Source: Amphiura filiformis (Eukaryota). Taken from it: DNA of 64,000 bases. Every line of letters starts with the position of its first letter. Position 1 is the stretch's first letter. Positions 24,355 through 37,430 of this stretch are shown piece after piece. The notes under the pieces are model-generated. The model was not told the origin of the DNA. It did not search any database and was given only the letters and a program-made list of their open reading frames with translations. The DNA lies in contig NC_092646.1 in the NCBI RefSeq assembly GCF_039555335.1, positions 36,859,911 to 36,923,910 of the forward strand, written 5' to 3'. The translations under genes were made by a program, and so were the position numbers.

Positions 24355-24690
24355 TATCTCATGTACAGAAACATAATGGGCTATTTCATTTAAAATCCAC
24401 ACTACCCATGTGGAAGATTTTGGAAATATCTGCCACATGAATTTCAAATGGAATGAGCACATTAGGCAGTTCCATTTGAATTCTATACACCCTCTGAGAA
24501 AGATTCAACCTTAATCTTCCCGAGAGGAGAGCGAGTTTGAAATGGAGTTGTTAATGTGCTCCTTCCATTTGAAATTCATACTCCTTCTGTGGAAGATATT
24601 TCCACATTCTTCCACAGGGGTAGTGTGGATTCTAAATGGAATAGCCTGTTGATGGTCATGGTCAATCACCATGGGTATCACCAAAGACAC
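24355..24690. mobile_element. High-copy foldback MITE family (core ..ccatacaccccct.tggaagacat.. / ..catttgaaattcacactccctgtgtg..). Other copies about 31600-31800, 37440-37620, 38085-38240, 43010-43260, 54055-54470 (tandem), 59540-59670, 60040-60300
   Basis: Recurrent palindromic 150-300-bp units recognised at least 9 times in the window. Confidence 0.7.
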
Positions 24691-25009
24691 TTTGAAAGAC
24701 ATATAAAACATTTCTGACTATATTTTATTTGGCTTCCTGTTAAGGCAGTGATGCCAGTCTTTGTCACAGTTACTTCACACATGTGTATACACACACAGGT
24801 CTGAAGATGGCACTCGCTTCAGTTTCGAAAGTTCAGCCCTCTGGAAAGGACTTCTCTAGGGAAAGATCAAACCTTACTCATGTTTACCGACCTAGAGTAC
24901 CAAGTAATTTCAAATCACACACACAGCTAATTCAATGAATCAACACAAGTGGGCAGAGTATTAAACTTCTGTGCCCTCTGGAGTTTGCACCAACATCATC
25001 ACTACCTTG

Positions 25010-25200
25010 AGGAAGCCAACATGACATGCTACTGAATATTCATGATCTTGTACATAAATACATATTTGCTACTGAATATTCATGATCTTGTACATAAACA
25101 TATATTTGCTACTGAATATTCATGATCTTGTACATAAATATATATTTGCTACTGAATATTCATGATCTTGTACATAAACATATATCTGCTACTGAATATT
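25010..25200. repeat. Tandem minisatellite, about 45-bp unit (ctactgaatattcatgatcttgtacataaa.atatatttg) x4
   Basis: Direct reading. Confidence 0.9.
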
Positions 25201-25999
25201 CATCTTCTTAATCAATTCTCATTAATTCAACACAACACTTCCGTCCTCCCATATAATATGGATAAATACAATTCTTACTATTTAATCTATTCTAAATAAA
25301 TTCTTCTACTATATATAAAAACATGTCTCTCATATATATTTTTCAGTATAATAAATCATTTATGCTAGATATTGCCTATTAATTTTGTATTGCAATCAAT
25401 ACCACCTGTTTTGTCTCAGCATGGCCTTTGTATTAAAATATTTTGCAGTAAGCCTTTGACGAGAGCGTATTTGAAGCATACATCGCGTGTCTACTGCGTT
25501 GAAACGCACTTGTCTCTGATTGGCTGCTGAGGTTACCTGCTGTTGCCAAGTAGAAATATATGAATGAACTTTGCTCCGTACATATTTTTTTTAAATCAGC
25601 TACCCTGCTTCAACAGAAAAAGTGCAAGCTATCTCAAGAACCACTGAACCAATACTAGGCTTGTTTATACTCATTTTAATGCATTTTCCATGATGATTCC
25701 AAATATGGTCATGAAAATTTACAATTGTGAAATTTTTCAAGTTTAAAAAACATGACACTCATGTGGAGAGTGCCCGGTTAAGAACCATGCACCAAAACAC
25801 CTGGCTGAAAATGAGCAGGTACCAGTGGCAGCACCATAAATTTGTTTCTGTGACTTTGGGGCAAAAATCTGAAATTTGAATAAAAATTTGCTGCAAATAG
25901 GATTTTTCCATGTTTTTAATGACGGGGATTGCTCCATCGACCCGGCACTGATTGGCACCTGCCAATAAGGTATGTCATTGGCTTACTGTGATCATTGAA

Positions 26000-28330
26000 A
26001 TTTAACAATTAAAACATGTTTTTAGGCCCATTTATATGCAGGCTCTTTATAATCTAAATTTCAGTATTCATCTTACATAATCTTGTATCATACATATAAA
26101 ATACATATTTTATCACCTTTAATCATAGACCCTGGAAAAAGAATTCTTTTTCCAGGGTCTATGCTTTAATACATATTTTACTACATTTAAATACATATTT
26201 TACTACATTTAAATATATTTTATCACCTATACGTGTATATGTTATAGATCAAATATAAACACTTATATATTTATGTAGTAAAATCATTTGAAAAACTAAT
26301 ATCTCCTTCATATAAATATTAAACTGGTCCTTTTGTTTTACATGTATAATGACTATAAAGGGTGGTGTTCACACCACCCTTTATGACACTTCATACTCGT
26401 ACATTATATAGGAATTGGTGTTTATCATTAGGCAGAAATAATAAAGATATGGCATTGTTACTGCTATATAATACATTGCCAATTTTTACAATGCCTTGAC
26501 TCGGTGGGAAATCCTGCGATACAGTGTAAAGGCCAGCCATCCAAAGGAGCAAAGGTCAAACATGCTAAAGACATATAGGTTCTTAATCTAAATTTCAGTA
26601 TTTTCTTACTTCATTCAAACAAATCATCTTACATAATCTAGTATTATAAAATACATATTTTATCACATATACATGTACGTATTATAGATATAAATATAAA
26701 CACCAATATATTTATGTGGTAAAATTATAAAAAATAATATCTCCCTCATGTCATCATGAACAACACATTCTGACAAATCCCACTTAAAACCAATGTAAAC
26801 TGGGCCTCTTGTTTTTTAACACCTATAGAGGGCAGTGTTATCAAGCGAGAGTGCAAACTGTTTTTGCCATTGTCACTCTCTGGGCTCCGCAAGTCGTACA
26901 GGAATCTGTGGGAATCCTGATATACATGTATATAGTGTTAAGGCCATCAACCATCCAAAGGAGTAAATGCTAAACATGTTTTATAGATAGGTTCTTAATC
27001 TAAATTTCAGTATTTTCTTTTAATACTTCATTCAAACAAATCCTCTTACATAATCTAGAACATTATAAAATACATATTTTATCAAATATACATGTACATA
27101 TTATAGATATAAATATAAACACCAATATATTTATGTGGTAAAATTATAAAAAATAATATCCCCCTCATGTCATTATGATCAACGCATAATTCTATAACTA
27201 CATAATTCTATAACTATAAACTGGTCCTTTTGTTTTATGACTATTGAGGGCAGTGTTATCAAGCGAGGGTGCAAGCTATTTTTGCCATTGACCCTGCCTG
27301 GGGCTCAACAATTCGTGCAGGACACTTCCGTCATTGGTTATATAGGGACGGATTATAGCAATCTGGTACGGTATTCATCATTATGCAGATATCATAAAAA
27401 TATATAGCACTGTTACTTCTATATAAAAACAATACATTTTTGACCAAAATCAAACTCCATGACTTTTTCATGATTATTGAAAATTTTTAGAATTCCATGA
27501 CTTCATCAGACTCAATGGGAATCCTGCATAACTATTAGATGCAATTATGTAGGTAATGTAATAATAAGTACAAGGCAATACCGTGACCACTAAACCGCAG
27601 AGAGGGGCAGAATTTCAACAGAAATATTGAATACCGACTAAAAATGTTAATTGTTGACCCAAATAAAATTTAAAAAATCTTTTTCATGATAACTTTTTCC
27701 GTTTGTAACAACTTTTAACAATACAACTCTTTTGGTCAATTTTTCCCTGGTATTTCAAGACTTTTGTCTTAGGATTTGGAGCCAGGGATGCTACTTGCCC
27801 CTCCCGGTTGGCACTCCTAGTCCTGGTCATCTTACACAATCTAATATCATAAAAATACATATTTTATCACATATACATGTATTATAAATCAAATATAAAC
27901 ACCAATATATTTAAAATCATTAAAACTAATAACTCCCTCATATCTTCATGATCAACTGTTGACAAGGCACAGTCCTCAGTGAATGGCTCTTTTCAGAGCC
28001 ATCAAACTTTTTATATTAGCAGATAGGCGAGGTCTGCTTGTTCTCTGTTGACAAAGTACAGTCTTCCGTGAACAGCTCTTTTCAGAGTCATCAGTGGGCA
28101 AGGGGCAGCCTACATGTCTCATTCTTAGGTTCTTTGTCCTGACGAAGTCAGAGCTACTCCTGACGAAAGCTTGATAGTTCTAAACTTGTCCGCATAACGA
28201 ACCCGCTATTAAAAGCTTACTAATTACTCCCTGATATCTCCATGATCAACTCAAATGGACAAATCCCACATAAACTATAAACTGCTTCTTTTGTTTTACA
28301 ATCTGCTCCTTTTGTTTTACAATGACTATA
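26000..28330. repeat. Satellite-like tandem array, about 420-bp unit, about 5 units (..ttcttaatctaaatttcagtatt..aaatacatattttatcac.tatacatgta..aaatataaacaccaatatatttatgtggtaaaat..)
   Basis: Repeated blocks starting near 26040, 26580, 26990, 27400, 27830. Confidence 0.75.
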
Positions 28331-28377
28331 ATAATAGAGGGCGGAGTTATCAAGCGAGGGTGCAAGCTGTTTTTGCC

Positions 28378-28610
28378 ACTACAAGATTCCTATTGTAACC
28401 ATCTGCACAGGCTGGTACACCGTCCAAAGGTACCTGACTGGTACACACAGAGTACCAATACAGCACCAATGCTGCTACAGTACAGGACCCACCAGCAGTG
28501 GTACTGCACTGGTATTGCACTAGTTCTACAATGCTACTGCACAGCACCAGCCAAGTACCTTGGCAATGGTGTACCTGTGCGGGCAGCCCCAATAGGAATC
28601 TTGTAGTGTA
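28378..28610. mobile_element. Small TIR element (acaagattcctattg...caataggaatcttgt) inserted in last satellite unit
   Basis: 15-bp perfect inverted termini interrupting the conserved satellite motif gggtgcaagctgtttttgccact. Confidence 0.5.
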
Positions 28611-30127
28611 CCATATATTTCACAGGTTTCTTTTTGATCTTAAAGTAACATGTATGCTAGGTTGTATACGAGGTGAGCGAGTGATCCATAGATTAAAGAG
28701 TCTTTAAAGAGAAACAGATACCATACCAATAAGCAAAGTCCCCATGATTTGTATACAATGAGAATTTTCAGGTACTTGTGAGGGTTGACTGTTCTTTCGC
28801 CTGTGTCTTTATGTTGCATGCCTATTTCACTACACTTACACATGTACTGCCAAGTACTTTTCTTGACCTGATTATAATAGTACAGTATTAAAACATGCCT
28901 ATGAGGCAAATGAGCGATCCATATGTTAAAGAGGTACAGATGACACCCAGCAGGCAAAGTCCAAAAGCTTTGTATGCAATGGGAATTCTCACAGTAATTA
29001 CAATAGACCAGTGCCCTCCGGGGTTTGGATGTCGTGTTGTGACCTTGACACGACATCTAAATTCTAACTAAACTATTATAGTGTGCAGTAATGTATGTTG
29101 CATCACCTGTGTACATGTATGTATGCAGAGGTTCTTGTGGTTGGTACTACAGAAGATCATCTTCTCTGTTGGTACACATAATAATGACATTCCTTGTTCT
29201 CTGCTCATTCACATCCTGCATCAATATGTACAAAATACTTATCTTTTTAACTATTCCTATACCTAAGGTTAACAAAACCCACCATTTGAGGAGGGGGGGG
29301 GGGCATATATATCTTTACGAAACATCAGCAGACGGCCTTTGGTATATTCATGTAAATTACGCATGCATTATTTTTAATTAGAGAACAAGGGATCAATGCC
29401 TTACCTATAGCGGGCTGCATATCAATTTTTTAACCGTTATCATCTTCGACCTAACTGTGATGCACCATTAGCTAACCCTGTATGCCACCCTCTTTTGATT
29501 ATTTATTACGCTGTTATCATCTGATCTCAGTTAACAAATTATGTAAAGCATTGATCCGCAATGCATGCATAACATGAATTTACCAAACGTTAAATCCGGA
29601 TTCATAATGATATGATGACAAGTTTTACTAGAGATAAGTGACCTTTAAAGGTTAGATTACAACAATGGCTTTCAAATGAACATTTGCCTCTAGATTTAGA
29701 TTCCTTGTGAATGAGAGCAGCACCGCCATGCAGATTATTTTCAGAGGGAATATGGACATATCTAATCTCTGTGTTGCATGAGACGTCCAACCTCAATCCA
29801 GTCCTGCAGCGTGAACCCTGGATAGGCCCTTGAAGCAAGACCAGGGTGCAAATCCTGTTGTTCTGCGACCCACTTCCTTGCTTTGGTAACAGCTGTACGA
29901 ATAACAACCCCTTTGGGATGGGCTGCTGTCAGGTTGCTTAGGTGTTGTTCTAGTTCCAAGAAGACTATCACTGTTACCAAGATACACTTCACCAAAGTAG
30001 TGCTCTCATGACCTAAACGAAAGACAAAAGACAAACAAAAATCCTCTGCATTATGATTAGTGACCTGAATTGACACAAATTCCTGGGAGTTGTTCTTATG
30101 CCCCATCAAATTCAAACAAAATGTTAA

Positions 30128-30512
30128 ATATTGATTAAGGGGGCACAATTTTGTGCCTATTTTTTATTTTTCTCAAAAAATTATAGCGCATTGGTGACAA
30201 GTAAGATATGCATATTATAGGGGCAAGGACTACAACTACTGCACTGAAAATTTAGCAACTCAAGTCAAGCGGTTATTGATTTATTGATCAAATATTGGTA
30301 TTCCCTCATTTTTGACTGTAACTTCACAACTGTTGACTTTTTGACTGCAACTTCACAACTGTTGTCTATACTGAAATAAAATTTCCAGTGCAGTAGTTGT
30401 AGTCCTTGCCCCTATAATATACCTATCTTACTTGTCACCAATGCCCTATAATTTTTGAGAAAAAATGCAAAAATAGGCATAACATTGGGCAGGGGTGTAG
30501 TACCCCCTTAAC
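30128..30512. mobile_element. Foldback MITE with about 150-bp inverted arms. Second copy at 37085-37430
   Basis: Arms ..attggtgacaagtaagatat..tataggggcaaggactacaactactgcactg.. mirrored. Confidence 0.8.
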
Positions 30513-32719
30513 AATTTTATAAAAGCCTTCCATTTTGTTATGGAAATGTAAGGATCAGGCTGCCAATTCGCCAGCGAAGTGGTTACATTACTCCCTGGTA
30601 ACTGGATCACGCGCCTTTTGGAATTGGTAGTACATGCCATAGGCTTTGTGTTGCGACCATTTCGATCGTGGTGTAGATCAAACTCAAATGCATGATCCAG
30701 TTGACATGGTGATAATTGGATTACACATAACACTTCGCTGGCAAATAGGACCACTCTCTTATTAGGCCTAAAAATAATATTTTCCAACATACAATATTGA
30801 AAAACTTTTAAGTGCACAAAATATGACGGTATAAGCACTGATTTATCATGGTTTACCAGATTTTTTTAAAAATATATTGGAGTAGTTTAGGAATATAACA
30901 GTTTAGGAAGATATACAGATTTGCTGTGTGGAGGACTAGTGACCCATGGCAACATTAATTACACAGAGGCTGGCCCAGCCCATGAGAACTACCTCCTGAT
31001 TGGCCAAAAAGAAGTTTTCATTATCAATTGGACCAATCAGCAACATTGTTAGAATAATTTAACCACACAAAAAATGGGGTGAATTATCTGCAAAGCTCCA
31101 TTCTGGTTGGTGATTAAAGTGAAGACATCATATAATTGACCAATCAGTGGCAATGTTAGATCGGCAGGTAGTGCTCAGGGGGTTAAAGATCATAGCTAGG
31201 TAAAATACACAGAGAAACATGCCTACTTACCCAGCAGTTCTATTCCAGCATCCTTTATTAGTTTGATAAAGTCAGCTACTTTGATCTTACATATGATAAG
31301 AAACTGCTCCGAGAATTTCCAAGATCCATCCTAAAAATAAATTAAACAAATGGCAAAAAGTGTCACCTCAAGACCATTTGATGTTAGGAGGAGGAACAGA
31401 ATTTATTTTTCTGTTAATAGGGACTTGATAATGCAACAAAAGGATCTAAATTGAATTCCTATATGTTTTGATGCAAAAATGTTTAGGGGTCATGCCATCA
31501 ATAAATCCAATTTGTTATATCAAATATAATTGTATAATTTGTGATCAGGATTGCAGCCACAACTTCTCTGACCATAAAGTGGCAAGTACCACCCCTGGGC
31601 ATTGTTCAAGTAGTCCAATGTCCAGTCAAAATAGACTGTTCCAGTTAAAATCCATACACCCCTTATTATGGAAGATATGTCCATAACCTTCCACACAGGG
31701 GGTGTAGATGTCAAATGTTAGGAGTCACCCATTCAACAGGCAACCCCATTTGAAATTCACACTCCCTGTGTGAATGGTTATCATGTCTTCCATCTGGGGC
31801 ATATATATTTCAACTGCAATAGCCCGATCTTAACATTTGGGTGCTTTTACTCATTCAATCACTGAGCCAATTGGATGGATGAAAACTGAAATGACTATAA
31901 TCAATAAAGTGGCCATAACACATTTGGAGAGGGAAATTTAACTTTTCAACAGTGGCCTGAAGTGACTTAGCAAGAAAAGCGTGCAAATTTTGGCTATAAG
32001 CCTCAAAACGGGCTGAAAATATAAGTGCAGAAATTTGGAGTAGTACAAAAAATAGGAAATTCTACATTGAAGGAAATCCTTAATACTTGTAAAATTAGCT
32101 TAATTTTGAGCAATGTACAAGCCTTTTCCAAGAAAGCGGCACAGAAGGCTATCAGGGTTGCCAACCCTCAATTTGGTAGCCCAATTGGGAGAACTTTTGA
32201 AGATATTCCCCATGACTTTTGACAATTTCCTGTCCCAAGGAAACCAAAATTGGGTGAATTTTCAACTTTGGCTCCGATGACTTCCAATAGTTTCCTGTCC
32301 CATAGAAACCAGTGGTTAAGAGGAAAATTGGGCAACTTTTCGATTATTTGACCCGCGATTCGGACTGAAATGTTTTGGTAATACTGCAAGCTATTTGATA
32401 GTAGCCCAATGGTGCTGGTATAGTGCATTTTGGCAACCCTGATCTAACCAGGCTCCAGCCAACATGGCTGGTTTATTGTTTGCATGCTACAGAGCCTAAA
32501 ATAAAAACAAAATGCCGGGAATGCGAAATATGACACACATGATGCTGCCATCGGGGTACAATGGAAGTGTATAGGGTGCTAAAGAAACATAGCATACCAT
32601 GAGATGTACATGACCGGTTGTTCCAGGATATGTGATGGCAGGGTAATTATGGTGGCTTGCATAGCTGACTGCAGAAGCCACCAACACTTCCCTATTTATT
32701 TATTCCCTGATCTTATTAC

Positions 32720-32965
32720 CTGTTCCTGCATATCTAGCAATTGCCTCATGTTAGTCACTCCTGCTTGCCGGAGACATGTAACATGGATGGCGCTAGTATC
32801 ATATTGCGGTCTGTCCGTTTCCTTGGTCTTAGTTATAGATCTTCTAGCCGCGGTCTCAAATTGGGAAGACCCACATAGCAGGCTGTCAGCCCTGTCATCC
32901 AACTCTGCCAGTTTTTCATCACGCTGCAAAACTTTATCTATGTTGCTCCATGGCTCCATCATCCT
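32720..32965 (-). CDS. Exon encoding VAMP/synaptobrevin-like R-SNARE motif: [43 protein letters not shown]... No transmembrane segment found; 3' boundary uncertain
   Basis: Acceptor ttctttgtttctgaatgacttgatgcag|AGG, candidate donor CAG|gtaata. Compare VAMP2 [37 protein letters not shown] with zero-layer Arg conserved. Confidence 0.55.
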
Positions 32966-33606
32966 CTGCATCAAGTCATTCAGAAACAAAGAATCAGATC
33001 ATGCACAAGTTTTATAAAATAGAATTTCCCCACCCAAACGCAAATCTATTCAAGACATATAAAAATGCATTGGTTTTGTACACATTTTCTATATCTTGAA
33101 TAGATTCTGAAGTGAACACAAGTTACAAATTTGTCCCATTTTGATACATAATTGTATATAGCGGTAACTTTAAATATCAACCATGATTGATTGCAGCACT
33201 TGGCTTTAACCCCATGAGAATTACCTGCCGATTGGCCAAAAAGAAGTTCTCATTATCAATTGGACCAATCAGCAACATTGTTAGAATAATTTCACCACGT
33301 AAATAAATTGGGGTGAATTATTTGCAAAGCTCCATTCTGATTGATGATTAAAGTGAAGATATCACATAATTGACCAATCAGAGGCAATGTTAGATCAGCA
33401 GGTAGTGCTCAGGGTTAAGTCCAGGGACTCTCCAAAGATATTAAAAATCTCAATAAAAAAAGTAAATTTATTTTTTCAGATTATTTCCCAAATGTCAAAA
33501 AACGCATTGGGAGGCAAAATATGCAAATTGCGCTGCAAATAAAGCGAATTTTTACAGAAGGACACTTTTAGTTTGTGCCTAAAATTAAGGTTATGTCAAG
33601 GGAGCA

Positions 33607-33875
33607 CATATGTGATGCGATCAAGCAAAATCAGTCGGAACTCGGAAATATTGATTTTGAGATATAGCCAAACAAAGGCAATATTTCCTTTTGTTTCCTA
33701 TTGTTTTGGAAACTCCTTAATTGCTCATATCTTTAGAACTGGTTGCTCAATTGCAATTGGGTTTTCTGCAAAATGCAGCTTTGCAATGGCTTGTTACTAT
33801 CCTGTAAGAAACTAAAAATGTAATATTTTCGAGTTCCGACTGATTTTGCTTGATCGCATCACATATGCGTCATCA
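33607..33875. mobile_element. MITE family with TIR ..gatcaagcaaaatcagtcgga... Other copies 56502-56752 and 60352-60572
   Basis: Three homologous about 260-bp copies each with inverted termini. Confidence 0.75.
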
Positions 33876-33884
33876 GGCGAATCT

Positions 33885-35405
33885 TTACTGTATTTCATAC
33901 ACAACAAAGAATTTCTATCAATTTGAAATTTTCGCTTGACAAAACCAGTAAGTTTTTACTTTTACTCTAATATTTCGTCCTACACGTCCGAGGACTTCTT
34001 CAGATGTGAAACATCTGATCCACTTTCCCGGGAAACTGACTTCCGGTTGTGATTACACAGCCGTGACATTAGTCACGGCTGTGTCTTTTTTCTTACAGGA
34101 TCTTCTTTCTTCTTTCTTCCGTGACATTAGTCACGGCTGTGTCTTTTTTCTTACAGGATCTTCTTTCTTCTTTCTTCTTCTGCCGACCATTACATTTGCT
34201 CTAGCATTTACATGTATGCATCGATTTCGACCTAACTTGGTCACTATCATCACTGACCATGCCCCTACATGTTGTATGAAATTTGTGGGATCAAAGGTCA
34301 CGTAGGGGTCACAGGGGTCAAAAATGTGATTTCAACTCAAAATGCTACCTCTCCCACAAATTTCACAGGACAGTAACACCACTTGCACATATGCATTGTT
34401 ATTACCCAGCGTCTATAAATCATACACAGAATTGAGGTCAAAGGTCGTTAAGGGGTCACTTCCGGTAAAAAACAAAATTTCTTCAAAATTTTTACTTAGC
34501 TAAGTAAAACATAGGAGAGTGACGGTATGTGCACACATGAATTATGTTTACCTAATGTATATGTGGTATTTATTTATTTGGGGTCAAAGGTCATTAAGGG
34601 GTCACTTCCAGTATAAAACGAAATAACTTCAAAAAATTTTATAAGCTAAGAAAAACATAGGAGAGTGACGGTATGTGCAAACATGAATTATGTTTACCTT
34701 ATGTATATGTGGTATTTTTTTTGTTTGAGGCCAAAGGTCATTAAGGGGTGACTTCCGGTATAAAACGAAAAACCTTCAAAAATTGTTATTTGATAAGAAA
34801 AACATAGGACAGTAACGGTATGTTCACACATGAATTGTGGTTACCCAATTCATATGTGGTTTTTTTATTTGGGGTCAAATGTCATTAAGGGGTCACTTCC
34901 GGTCTGAGACGAAAAACCTTCTGCCACAACATAGCAAAGTGGTGCCACATGCACCCATGCATTGACATTTATAGCCAATGTCTATGGGCATTTTCATATA
35001 TTTTGGGGTCAAAGGTCATTAGGGGTCACAACACGGCTGTGTTCGTGGGTTAGACCACAGCTAAGTCTAGTTGGTCTTGTATCCCGTCTTTAAAAGTGGG
35101 TCATATACGGGACTTAGGAAATAAGTGCCTTCCTCTCTATTCATGGTCTTTGTCCCCCTCTTTCTGATCTCCATCGCTTCTCGTACTTCTCTGGATCTTC
35201 TGATATGATCTTTTCCAAGTATCTTGGAGTCCTCCCAGACTGGATACAAGACCAATCACAACCGGAAGTCAATTTCCCGGGAAAGTGGATCAGATGTTTC
35301 ACATCTGAAGAAGTCCTCCGACGTGTAGGATGAAATATTAGAGTAAGTAAAAACTTACTGGTTTTGTCAAGCGAAAATTTCCAATTGATATGTCTTACAA
35401 ACCTG
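33885..35405. mobile_element. Non-autonomous TIR/foldback element with about 170-bp terminal inverted repeats enclosing a 5-copy 125-bp tandem array (34420-35040)
   Basis: 33890-34060 is the reverse complement of 35250-35400. Internal ggggtcaaaggtcattaaggggtcacttccggt.. repeats. Confidence 0.75.
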
Positions 35406-36029
35406 ATGAATCTATTCACTAAAAAATTTCTACAATATCAATGCATCCACCTTCAAAAAAATTAATACCTGCAGGATGCGAACGCACCATGCGTAGTATG
35501 TGGAACTGTGTGCGAGTGCAATAATACAATATTTATGCACTAAGCATATTTTTCTAACAGCTTTTCTGATTGGCTATGCAGTTCTAAGAGTATATGAAAG
35601 ACCAATGGACACATCACAAAGAAATATTATTTTACCTATTTCATGAAACAACATGCATTATTAGGAAAAAAAAATATTGGGTCGGTTTGTCGATCTTTTT
35701 TTTTTTTTTTTCATTGGCTCTTCCTTCATTTTTCCTCAATTTTGAAAAGCCTAGTATTGACAAATGCTTGAACATTTTGCAATAAAACTAAAAATATGTA
35801 TTTATGGAATAAAATAAGTGAATAACAAATACAAAATGTCCTTGATAGTGTCAAAATTAAGGTTTCTCTTAAAAAAGTGATTGGTAAAAAAACCTGACCC
35901 AAGATTTCTAATCTTTTTGGTCGGTTGCGGAGGTTACGCAACCCAACATATTTTTTGTTGGCATTATAATAAAATGGAACTACATTGTATTATGCTTATT
36001 GATCAAGACATGGACAAGTTATGAATCAT

Positions 36030-37020
36030 TATTTCTGAATTGTATGTCCAAAGTATATAAAACTATTCATTTTTGGAAAGGAAAAGAGTCAAGGAATCCC
36101 ATGATGGCATCAGATTTTTTCAAAAATCTCAAGTTTTTGAACAAATCACAAAAATTCACTTTTTACCCCAATTTTTTTGTGACAAAATAAAAAAATCGGT
36201 TGGGAGTAAAACAAAATTCAGTAGCTTTTCATGAAGAAGAGACATGAACTTACGGAAGGTTTTTTATTTTACTTTTTAATTTGTCTCTTTTTTCAGAATA
36301 TTGAAGAAAACATGTGAAAAAAGCAATTTTGTCACTCTATTAATCTAAAAATTGTACATAATAGCGTATATTTTTGTTTAAAACAAATATTTTGAAAAAA
36401 TGAAAAAACATTCCCTAGACTTTGATGTGCTCTAAACCATAGTGCAAAAAGTTTACCCTTTGCTTCCATATTTTTCGAGTTATCTTGTCACAAAAATTGA
36501 GCAATGTTATCAAAAGTGAACTCTATCTGAGAAATCGATGTTTTAGTAAAAAAAATGTCAAAATTATGCACAAAACGTCCATATATTTGTAAAAGCTGTA
36601 TCTGGTGCATGGTCTACACGTGCATCTTTTTGCACCAATGAATCTATACTGTCTGCTTTTAGTGCGCCAAAATTCAAAATAATTAAAAAATCTAAGTGGC
36701 AGTTTGACTGCAAATTTTTGTTTTGTTTACACACATTTGCTGGCGTTAACAACATACCGAATGCGCCTTGACTGCGTTGGACATACGTGCAGATCGCATG
36801 CGTAATCACAATATTCCGCATTTGCGCGTTCCTGACTCATTATTTCCCGCCAATTTTCTAAGTCTTGAGCCATGTGACTTTTTAGAGTCGAAAAGAGTGA
36901 AATAAATCAAGCAAAATACGAGGAAATATTTAACAAGTTGTATTTTATCAGTTTCAAGTGAAAGAATACATCTGAGTGTTCCTAAGTTTCAAGAAATCTC
37001 AAATTAAAGGCGCTGACGAA
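36030..37020. repeat. Dispersed repeat family X, intact copy B
   Basis: Collinear with 21850-22337 plus 23361-24000. Confidence 0.7.
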
Positions 37021-37084
37021 TGTGTCTACCCTTATTCTGGCTTTAAGCAAACAATGGACTATTCCAGTTGAAATTCATACACAT

Positions 37085-37430
37085 TAAGGGTACACCCCTG
37101 GCCAATTTTGTGCCTATTTTTGCATTTTTCTCAAAATTATAGTGCATTGGTGACAAGTAAGATATGTATATTATAGGGGCAAGGACTACAACTACTGCAC
37201 TGAAAATTCAGCAACTCAAGGCAAGTAGTTATTGATTTATTGATCAAATATTGGTTTTCCTCATTTTGACTGTAACTCCACTTCTGTTGTCTGTGCTGAA
37301 ATAAAATTTCCAGTGCAGTAGTTTTAGTCCTTGCCCCTATAATATACATATCTTACTTGTCCCCAATGCGCTATAATTTTTGAGAAAAATGCAAAAATAG
37401 GCACAAAATTGGGCAGGGGTGTAGTATTTC
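37085..37430. mobile_element. Second copy of the 30.1 kb foldback MITE
   Basis: Near-identical sequence. Confidence 0.8.

Noticed and set aside
29602-30838. Minus-strand ORFs 29762..30148 and 30446..30838 as transposase or host exons
   Set aside because: No recognisable catalytic motifs (DDE, HUH, RT). 30446..30838 overlaps the foldback MITE at 30128-30512. Left unassigned.
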